Positions 53,112-64,000 of a DNA stretch of 64,000 nucleotides are shown piece after piece. The stretch's first letter is position 1. Each line of letters starts with the position of its first letter. A program made the translations under genes and the position numbers. This DNA comes from Paramecium tetraurelia. Its lineage: Eukaryota. Where the stretch lies: the NCBI GenBank assembly GCA_000165425.1, contig CT868023.1:124001-188000 (forward strand). The letters are read 5' to 3'. Below the pieces are notes generated by a model. The model ran no database searches. It had not been told where the DNA came from and saw only the letters and a program-made list of their open reading frames with translations.

Positions 53112-56100
53112 TCAAAATACTACACATCTTTCCCACCAACTTGGATAATTAGTATTTGATTTTGAAGCTCGAATCTAATTAGATTAATTAAATGATGTAC
53201 CATCCATTTTCTTCCTTCAGCCCATATTAACATAATCAATGCAAATGGCAGAGCACATACTCCATAATGGATGAATAACAGATCTCTGGTTCCAAATACA
53301 GTATTGAAAACTTCAATATAGGAAAGTGCAACGGTCAACATGAATTCCACCCAAAATCCAAAAAACATATAGTAGTTGGAGAAACCTAAAAAGAAGTAAT
53401 TAATGAGTACCTTAAAAGGTTCCTGCATTTTTTAAGGATCTCAAACCTTAATAATTGCATATCTGGCCTACAACAATACCATAGAAAAATGAAGTTTAAG
53501 CATAATTTGAAGCCTCAGTTGAATAACAATAGGGTTTCTTAGTGTAGGGGGAAACTAAATTAACGCTGCAAGGAGCCCATTCAAAGACTTCTTTTAACTC
53601 TCCATCTTTGCATTCAATGTAAGCCATCCTTAGATCCAATTTGGCATGATTAGCATAGATCCAATCGATTTCTTCAACTTCACTGGAGGGGAAGTCAAAA
53701 TCGCATTTTCCATTCTCATAAATTCTTTTTAAGTTAGAATTTCCGAACCAAGGGTCATTTGGATCATACACATCACCAACCTTTGGCAAAATAGTTTCTC
53801 TTACTCCTATAAAGAGCAGGTCTGATGGATAAAATCCAAAATCATACAATGTTACAAACCATTAGAAATATCCACAATAAGTTGATAGGACTCCATTCTA
53901 CAAATATGCATAAACCAACAATTTTCCACTCACAAGATGCTCATCTTGAGATCGAGGTCTTCTTGTCATGATATCTATGTCTGCATCTTCAAAAACATAA
54001 GTAGTGCAAGGAAAGATGTCAGTTCCAATATCAATGCATAAGATCAACACAGTGGTCAAAGGTAGAGGAATTCTAAATACAACAAATCCTAAAAATGGAA
54101 GTAACTCTGAAATATTAGAAGTCAAACAATAGGCAATACTCTTCTTTAAATTGTCAAAGATCTTTCTTCCTTCTTCAATTCCAACAACAATGCTCGAGAA
54201 ATCGTCATTCAACAGAATCATATCAGCAGCATCTTTTGCAACATCGGAACCAGTAATTCCCATAGCAATTCCTATATCAGCCTTCTTAATTGCTGGACTA
54301 TCATTGACTCCGTCTCCTGTAACAGCTACAATATGTCCTCTTCTTTAACAACCAGCAACGATAATTAACTTTTATGCTGGACTTGTTCTTGCGAATACTA
54401 ATTGCGGTTTACTTAGCCATTCTTATAGTTGTCTCCCTTTATCTTCTTCAGGCAAGCCTTCATCATCAATTGCCATTTTAGTTAATTTATCTCCATGGAT
54501 CACTAATGCATTTGATTGATGGAATGCTTCTTCAAAAGAGATGCCTTTTTCTTACATCACTTCATCAACAGTTTTTTCAGTAATAATATTACATTATCTT
54601 GCAATAGCAGCAGCAGTAACTGGTTAATCACCAGTTACCATAATGACTTGGATGCCGGCTGTCTTACATTTAATAACAGCATAAGGTACATTATCCTTAG
54701 GAGGATCAATCAAAGATATCAAACCAACAAAGACTTATTTGTTAAATGGAAAGTTCATTTTATCAAGATTAAATTAATAGCCAATTGGAAATTAATCTTT
54801 TGGTAAATGAAATTTAGCAAATCCAAGCACTCTTTCTCCTTGTCTTCCAAATTATTCATTTATCGAAAGGAATGATTATTCCCATTTTTCATCTTTTAAT
54901 TCTACTCTTCCATTACTATATGCTGAGTCACATAGTCCCCAAATTCTTTCAGGAGCACCTTTAGTTAATAGACAATAATGGGAATCTGCAGTTTCATACT
55001 CAACTATGATAAATGCATATTTATTAGTTGAATTAAATGGCATTTTGGCCATTTTATTCTCTTTATCTCTTGCAACTTATCTGCTTTGTCTAGTTTAAAT
55101 GATGTCATTTATTGGCTAAAAGAATTTAATTAAGGCCGTTTCAGAAGCATCTCCAATTGTAGGCTTTTCTTGACAACTCATTTTCTAGAAGTTTTGATTC
55201 CATTTTTCTTATGCTTCCTTCAATTTCTAATCCTTTTGCTATTGATTTAAACCTATAGTATTTTAAATCCTAATTTGTTGCTCTTATGGAAGTGCAGAAT
55301 CAAAAGTAGCCTCAGAACATAGAATTGCAGTTTCATGCAATGTTCTGAATCCTACCTCATTGATATCGTATTCATAATTAAATTTAGGTCCCATCTTCTC
55401 TCTATTCAACCCCTTGTATTTCTTATTATTAAACCACAAATTTTCAACAGTCATCTTATTTTAAGTCAAAGTACCAGTTTTATCTGAACAAATACATGAT
55501 CTTGATATAGAGAATAAATCTTACGTAGATCCTAGAGTTTCAACTCCCTCCAAATTCTTTACCAACACTTTTTTGTATGCTAATTTCTTTGCTGTTAAAG
55601 TTAAAGCTACTGTGACTGTTGCTAGAAGGCCTTCAGGCACATTTGCGACAATAATACCTATGGCAAATACAAGATTTGTAATAGCAGCTAAAATTATCAA
55701 TATATTTTACGATATCCAATAATGAAGCCCAATACAAAAAATATTACACCTATTGAAATAGCAATTACAGCTATATATTTAATAAACACATTGAGTTCCC
55801 GTCTTAGAGTTGTATCATCTCCTCCAGAACTTTCAACTAATCCTGCAATTTATCCAATAACCGTATTATCCCCTGTAAATATAACTATTCCCTTGCCATT
55901 ACCCTATTGTAAACTTATTCATATACTTCTTTACAAAGAGTACCAAAAAATGCCAAATTTTTAGTTTCCAAAGGGTTAGTCTGATTAGTACACTCAGGAG
56001 ATCTTAATAATAATAGCGACTCCCCTGTAAGACTTGAGTTATCCACCTTCATTTCGTTACTCTCCAATATTCTGATGTCTGCTGGAATTCTCTTACCATT

Positions 56101-56833
56101 TTCAATTACTACAACGTCACCTGGCACTAAATTGGATGCTGGAAATTTTTATTGTTGTCCATCTCTGATAACTAAAGTTTCAGGAGGAATGAAGTTTTTG
56201 AAGGCATCCATGATTGCCTCAGATTTTGCATTTTAAAAAAATGTGATAATTCCTGTTAATGTATTAACAACCATAATTACAATACCCAAATACAGCTAAT
56301 GATGTAATATAATATTAAATACGTTAGAAGGATCTTCTGGTGCTAGACCATAAGCCAGAAAGCATAATGCTGCTCCAGCCCATAATAACCAAGCAAACAT
56401 TGATGTCAACTCATGAATTAACTTCATATACCAAGGCTCTTTCTCTTTTTAACTCAATTAATTTTTTCCATGCTCCACTAGTTTTTGATCCGCCACTTCC
56501 CTCGTTAGGCCTGTCTTTGCACTTGTTTGAAACCTCTATTCAAGTTCCTCTAACGGAATTCTGTGCTCGTCCTATTTTGTTAGTTAAAACACTACCATTG
56601 TTTTGAATTTTTCTGCTTTTGAAGCATCAACTTTTTCTACTTCCTTTTTTTTGCCCTTCTCAAGTTAGAACAGTAATTTCTTTCTTCGGTCTGCTATCTC
56701 CTTAGCCATCTCATCAAATTCCTTTTTGGCTTAGGCAAGTTGCATTTCCTAACTACATAATTAATTTTAAACTTTACTTCTGCTACGTGAACATTGTGAT
56801 GATCATCGACGCTGATTTAGAAGCAGATTTCAT
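53112..56833 (-). CDS. P2C-type (Na+/K+ or H+/K+-like) P-type ATPase alpha subunit
   Basis: [87 protein letters not shown] and CIDIGTD. Confidence 0.95.
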
Positions 56834-57395
56834 TTTAAAATAATATTAAATATGTATAAAAGATTTAGAAATGATTATCTAATAAAAAATTAATGAGACT
56901 TAATTAACTGTAGATAATAAATTATTAGAATAGAGCAAATTCAAACTAAAAAATGACTCATTTATCACGATGTCGATGACAATATTTTGGATCTAATCTG
57001 CGTAGAATACTCAGTACAATCCAATCTCATGATTTTTTCATCATATTTTTGGATGCAAACTGATTTTGAAATTATTTAATAAGTATTTAGACAACATTAT
57101 TTTTACCATCTTGATTTGCAAACTACATGAATATACAGTCTTATCTATTGTCTTTACATTGATTTCCACTATTCTACCCAAAAAAAGTAGGTAAATGATT
57201 TTCATTCTTCTATTTTTAGTTCTTTTTTTTCAAGTATAATCATCATTTATATTAAAATACATTTTATTGTAGAAAACAATTAGCGTATAAGCCTTTGGAT
57301 AATAAATTGTAAATTTTTTCATTGTATATTGATTATACATTTTGAATTAATATTAAATTAATTTATAAAGAATTAGCTAGACAAAATTGTACGAA

Positions 57396-60300
57396 ATGAA
57401 GCAATTTAATTAATTGAAAAACTTTAACTATTATGTTGCGAGTTATCACATTTTGCTTGAAATGAATTTTATTAACTTAAACAAATTATGGTTATATTTG
57501 ATTCATTTGATCTCAGAATTTTAGATGTTTGGAATCATCGTATTAAATTTGAACGAAGAATTACTTTAATTACCAATAATGAATATTGATTATGGACTGA
57601 ACATTATTTCCATTGTTTCAAGGCCATATAAATTAATTGTTCAAGATAACTTTTTTTTATATTCTTACACTGTTCCACTAACAATTCTATCGTTATATAT
57701 AATCCATCAGTTTTTTACTTACTTTTAATTTTCGATCCAATCTTAAAAAAGCCTTATGGAATATGTACTCAAAAGCAATAATATTAAACTGATTTTTCAT
57801 GCCTTAAATTTAATATTTATAGCATTATTTGACAAACTATTTTGTATTCCCTGTATCCAATTGGCGTGTTATTCGCTCCAAAAAAACATCAACAGTGACT
57901 CTTTTGGAGCTGTAGAATTTATCAATACTCTGTTTTCAATGATAGCCTTAATTCTAGTATTTTGGATACAATTACTCTATATGATGTTGGTGAAGGAAGC
58001 CATCACACTGCAACTGTTCAATTTTAAGGTGCTAATATTCCAAGGCTTAGACTACTTTTATATGTTCTTAATTTACATTTTCGTAATATTGGATTGTATA
58101 AACTTAGACACCAAGCTGAGAAACTACTTGATCTTTGTATTGTTTATAATTTCAACTGTACTGAAATTAAATTAGTTGTTATCAAAGTACCAATATGCCT
58201 GTGATATGCAGGATTACTTGATCAATTTGAATGTGGCATTCATCTTGATATCAATAATTTTGATAGGAAATGATTTCATTTCAGATAAATAGAATTTAAT
58301 CATCATAGTAGTGGTTGTCCCAAGTTTAGTGATAGCAATAGTGTAACAAGTAAAGAAGAAAACAGATTTTAATATGCTGGTCCTACTTCCTGAAAATTAA
58401 TCTACAGACACCCTCCAATATTTAATTACAGTATTTTCATAAAAAGATTAATTGAATTGCATTTAATAATTCAGTCTCTCCTTGTTTGTGTTTCACCATA
58501 GGAACAATTGCCAAGACAAATCCTGTTCATGCAAGAAGACAAATTTAATGGAAAATGACATTAAATTAAGGTAACTCTACCTTAAACAACTTATATTGGA
58601 CTTCGGGAAGTCCATAAACAGATTGGCTGATTAGAGTTCGAAAGCATTCTTCTCCTTATTTTATATTCAGAGTCTTATTGCAATTAATCAATCGGTGAAG
58701 GCTTATCAACAAACCAATATCTTACTACTCAAATAAAATGTGCATTAAATCAGTGATTAGCAGAATATCTTCAGTGAACAAACCAGCTATTCAGTAACAG
58801 TTGAGGAGAACCAGAATGTGTATAAGAAGAAGAGCAACTCAGATATGATCCACAGACTTGAAAAGATCTCCCTAAACTAAATCAGCTATATCAATCTCAT
58901 CAAACTCAGCATAATATTGGAGATAGCCAAATAAAATCTAATTTCAAGCTTTAGTTTTGGAAATGTAGTCTAAAAAACACAATTAAGCTAAAGTGTACAA
59001 TTATTTATGAAGGTTGAAGAGTAGCATCAGCAATTAAAACAGAATATTGTTAACATAATCAATAGGAAGAAAGACATCTTTATGGTGATGTCATCAACTA
59101 CAAAGCTGAATCCTGAAAGATTCCTGCAACAATGTTTAGATTTGATAAGAAAAATCAACATTATGGAAAATGAGTTATAGCATTTGTTTTAAGAATTTCC
59201 AAGTAAAAAAATGCAGTCTATATATTCATTTTATTGTGCAGAAATTTTGAGTAACTTTCTGCAAGCTTATAGGATTATCAATTATAATGCAATTTCTGAT
59301 AATGCCTTAATTAAGATTTAAAAGAACTATTAAGTGGACTTATTAAGCACTCAGTTACATTATATGATCTTAGTAATGGATCATTAAGGAACAGGTTTGT
59401 AGATAGTTGAAAGATCACACTAAATGCATAAGATAGTGGAATATGAGTAATAGGAGTTTAAAGAAGTCAAATCAATACTGTCCCTATTACCTAGAGGATT
59501 CTCAACTATTCATAAACATCTTATTGAAGATTTCTTGATTTCGGGGAGATCAAAATTCTTTAGGGAATAAAATGTGAATTTAATTTTGCAAAGAGACTCA
59601 TTCTTAAGTCCTGTTGACTTTTTCTTTGATTTTGATCTTACGAAATTATAAGAATTGACCTTTTAAGTGTTTTTCTCAGAAACCAATGGTACGAACTCTT
59701 ATCTGATTCTGAATAATAAACATTTAATCTTAGGTGTGACCAGAGAATTATGTAAACAATTAAAATTGTAAGAGTTTGAATACGAAAGAGTACCAGATAT
59801 GTTCTATTTAACTGAGATCCAATAGATCATACCAGAATACTATTAATTAATTGATCAAAATAAAATTGATAAAAGTTAACCTTTTTCCAATGTCTAAATT
59901 GTATTCAATGATAAGACTCCAACTGGCTAAAAGTCACTCTAAACTTATGTAGAGTAATTGAAGAAGAACCCTGAATGCACCAGATTCTATTATGCAAATA
60001 TTGTAGTCACAATTAGGTTGACTCATTCAATAATAGAGATCAAAACTGTTGTAGAATCAAAGAAATCGATTTAATAGGAGTCTCTTGATTAGGAGAATTT
60101 TGAACAAGAATGTTACGAGTTTATAGAAGAATTGCATATTCAATAGCCTAATTTATTTAATAATGATTTATTTCCTAAATTAAAAAAGGAACCTGAGATT
60201 TAAATTTACTGTTATATTTAAGAAGAAATACCTGAACATATCGATTAAATTGATACTAATAGAGTGCTGTCTTTATAATAGAGACAATTGCTTTCAGAAT

Positions 60301-62491
60301 CAATATAATAATATGATTTAATTAGTCCTGGAAAAAGCAACAGACAATTAATTGATAAAACAACCAGTTTTGCAACTCATTAAATAAATTTCAGTTAACA
60401 ACAAAGATTCTTTTAGAATCAGATTGAAGAAAAAGAAAAGGAGCAATCTCAATCAAATCAATCAGGAGCTGAAAAGGGATTTGCAAAACTAAATTATGAA
60501 TAAAACTAATAAAATGCTGAAATCAGAGAAAACTTGAGATAGCAATTAAACGATGAAAATTAAACTTCCATTCATGCCAGAAAACTTAATCTAGATAATG
60601 CTGCCTCTAGTACTTTGGGTACCTTTTCTTAAAACTTTTAACTCTTTAAAAAGTACGAATTGCTCCAGTAAATTGTTTAATCAGTCAAATTTTCAATTAT
60701 TTTTGACCTTATGGTATTTTCTCTCTTAATTATATCCTTGATTTCAATTATCTTTGCTATCGTCCTTATCAATAATTCAAGTACTGATATTTATAGTGCC
60801 TTAAGCTAATTACAAATGTTGGAATTTTACACTTCTTTCATGAATCCCTGTTATTTATTTTTATCATCATTTGCATCCACTTACAATTATAAAAATGGGA
60901 CCTTCGATCAAAATTAAACATAAAACCTGTAATCATTAACACAATACAATCAATACATCATTAACCAATCCTTTGTGAATATCAAATAGAGTTATGGCAA
61001 TCAATCTAAAGGTAATTTACTGTAATAAGACCTATCTTCTACTCTCTTGGACTTTCAACATCTAAAAGAGAGTTAATTTACATCTGAACAAATTTCAATG
61101 CGTGAAGCAATTTTTCAGATCATTCAATATCAGTATAATTTTTAGACTATATTCATTTAAGAGAATGGACTGGAAGAAATGATGTAATAATTAATATCCT
61201 ATATTGTTAATTTGAATGATATCAACGATGAAATTCTGAACTTAAATACAGAAATTATCACTTATATTAGTGATAGCAATCTATTATTATAACACAAGTG
61301 GATTGTTCTATGTATTAGATGCACATATTTAATTCTATTATTTCAAATATCTTCTTGGCTATTATACATGAAACATATGCGTAAATACTCCAAATTGCTA
61401 AAATTGTTTTAGAAGGTGGATGTTGTTTGGGTGTTAAGAGATTTGGAAAGATGCAAGGAATTACTTAGTTTACTCAATAAGGATTCTAATTTAATGTTTA
61501 GATATAAATTTAATATCTTTTTGAAGGAAAGATTCTTTAAAAGTGAACTCTCTAAAAAACACATTATTCAAGACAAGATCAAGAGAGCAGGATTCGTTAA
61601 ATTGGATACCAAATAAAAACTATTTATGAGTAGATTAGGCAGTTTTCTATTTTTTGCATCGCTTTTTGGTGTTTTCTTTATTTTTTCATTCACAATGAAT
61701 ATGCAAGGGATCAATTTTATGGACTACTATCAAATGAAGAGTTAACAATACAACTCAATTGGTGAGCTTGGTTTATCTATACCTAAAGCATACAGTTTAA
61801 GAGAAGTGTTATACTTTAAAAGTAATAACTTTGCAGGATATCAATACATGTCATAAAATCTAACTGATCAATATTTAAATATCATACAGAGTAGTTTAGA
61901 TATTATGAGTAATTACTTATAAACATACACCTCTCTTGAGAGTAATTATAATGATGAAACTTTATTGTAATTGAATAATGAAACCTTATGTGAAGATGAA
62001 AGTATTGCCAAAACCTTTGATTTGCAGCAACAGTATTTGTGCAAACAAATCTATGACAATGTCATGGATAGAGGTCTATCTATAACAATCACTAAAATCA
62101 GAAACATCCTTCTAACTGAAATGAACAACTCCCAATCATTTACTTATAGAATCAATCCCCCGTTTAATGAAATAGAAATTGGAATTTATTTGAGTGTGAT
62201 TATTATGAATGTCTTGCAAACTATAAAAACAGGACTCTCAGAATAGGCTGATCAACTAAATATGACCATTTAGGTAATTCTAGAATCTTATTTTAGATTG
62301 TTTCCATTATATATTTAGTGTTCACTTTTCTAAAAATAGGGTTAATCCTGTTATTTGTTAGAGGCCATTACTTGAACGAATTTTAAAATGTTAAGAAATT
62401 AACCATCTTATTACCATAGGCTGCATTATTCATTGATGACTTATTTGAAAGGCAATTAAGATAGCTGATTGCAAAAGAAAATCTCGTCTGA
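57396..62491 (+). CDS. Large multi-TM protein with a central PAS-like domain (ciliate TmcB/PAS type), ~1700 aa
   Basis: An N-terminal TM bundle (includes ORF 57756-58175), a helical region, the PAS-like LLPRGFSTIHKHLIEDFLISGRS, an acidic linker and C-terminal TM pairs. One intron lies near 62274-62296 and the gene ends at TGA 62489-62491. Confidence 0.72.
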
Positions 62492-64000
62492 ACAAATAAT
62501 AATTAAAATATTTAATGTATATTATATTATCTTATTATTAACGTTGGATATTATCTCATGACGGAATCAAAGGACTAAAACATTTTAAATAAGCTTCTAA
62601 TATTAAATTGTTTAAATAAAAGTAGATAAAAATGTCATTGTTAATGCATAGTTGAATCGTATGACATGTCACAATTTGCTATGTTCTAAAGTTTATCTAA
62701 TTTAATTGGTTCTACATCAACGATCATAGTTGGATGCAATTGATGGACAATTTGATATCTATACATCAATAATATCAAAATCATCAAAATTATTATAGCT
62801 CCAGATTATATAATGATAATAGCAAAACACTCTGTCGGTATTTAAGAGCACAAATCCACTCCCATTCAAAGTTTCTCAAATTAAAAAAAATAAAATTATT
62901 TTATATTAGCAGCACAATCATTATTTATTAAAACAAACTACAATAATTGTTATTTTTTCAATCATTTTGATGACTTTCTGAAATATTGACCTTTTATTAT
63001 TGTATCCAAACAATAGTTAAAAAAAATGGATTGGTTGTGTTGTCAATTATTAATTGAAGAAACAGAATGATAAATATAGATATATCCCAATCTCACATTC
63101 TATGAAATTAATAATAATTTTCATATTATTATTAAACTAAGAACTATAGAATGTGATAAAAATAATTTATGATGTTAATTAAAACATGAACTAACTTGTT
63201 TAAGCTATGATATACTACTTTTTTGCCTTAAATTCTACATTTGAAGATCTTTCTTTTGACAATTAGAACTAAAGACTTTAAGAAGAGTTCATTTTTTGTG
63301 TAAACCTATCTTATTTTTAAATGTAAAACAGATTTATTTTTCCTCCTCCTTCAATATAAACATCATATTTGATGATAAAATCTTCATGTTCATTGAGTTT
63401 ATTGGATTTTTGAACAATTAGTTCTTTTTGTGGAAACTTGATTATCAAACATGAAATCAGAAAGGATTAACTATAAATGATGAAAGAACTTTTAGAAGTA
63501 TTCCACTTAGTATAACTAATCATTTATGCACTAACATAGCATTTAAGTTCCATTTTGATAATTTAGAATATAAGACTTGAAGAATATAATTTTTTCATGT
63601 ACTTAAATTAGACTGTCTTATTTGACTGATAACTCATTATCTGTATTTAAATCATTTAGAAATTATAGTTTTTACAAGACTACTTAGTTATTTTTTTGAA
63701 TGTCCATAGAACATAACTTTATTTCTTATATTTGAAGTTCATTTATTAGTTAAGAAAAAAGTATTTATAATTGATTTAATGTAATTGAGATGATGTTTTG
63801 TTGGAGTATTGCTACTTTACATGTTGATTAATTAACATAATTTTCAATATGTAATTTGAAATCAATATGCCTATTTACAATTTCTCTTAAAAAATGAATT
63901 GAATTAGATAAATTAAGTTGTTAATCTAATTGAAAATGAATGGCATAAAAATATTGTTTATTATAATTGCAATTCTAAAAATATATTTATTTATAATATA

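Noticed and set aside
1..64000. Abundant in-frame TAA/TAG as evidence of mass pseudogenisation or a novel code
   Set aside because: They fall at Gln positions in conserved proteins, which is the known ciliate code (table 6).
1..64000. CRISPR arrays, transposases, telomeric repeats, rRNA or snRNA genes
   Set aside because: I saw no repeat-spacer array, DDE/RT motifs, G4T2/G3T3 tracts or snRNA signature sequences.

Overview
This is AT-rich, gene-dense ciliate macronuclear DNA, most likely Paramecium. Genes only read through if TAA/TAG = Gln and TGA is the sole stop, and they contain ~20-30 nt GT..AG introns, so the supplied standard-code ORF track is mostly fragments or antisense shadows. Hand translation supports about 28 protein-coding loci. 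They include an ABCB transporter, a VPS9 GEF, three otubain-like (OTU/C65) deubiquitinase loci, three kinases, a cytosolic IleRS, a two-TM channel-like protein, CRIPT, CFAP100, an STPG-repeat protein, a large Cys-rich surface protein, CNOT11, an arrestin-domain protein, an importin-alpha-like protein, a NIF-family pseudophosphatase, a delta-9 desaturase, a P2C ATPase and a large PAS/multi-TM protein. There is one 150-N gap. The most notable observations are an IleRS with KMSKS changed to KMAQS, a local OTU family in different states of decay around an atypical eIF2-alpha-kinase-like gene, and frameshifts in five loci (decay or assembly error). No RNA gene, CRISPR array or mobile element could be supported. 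All calls come from manual translation and motif recognition; no database search was run.
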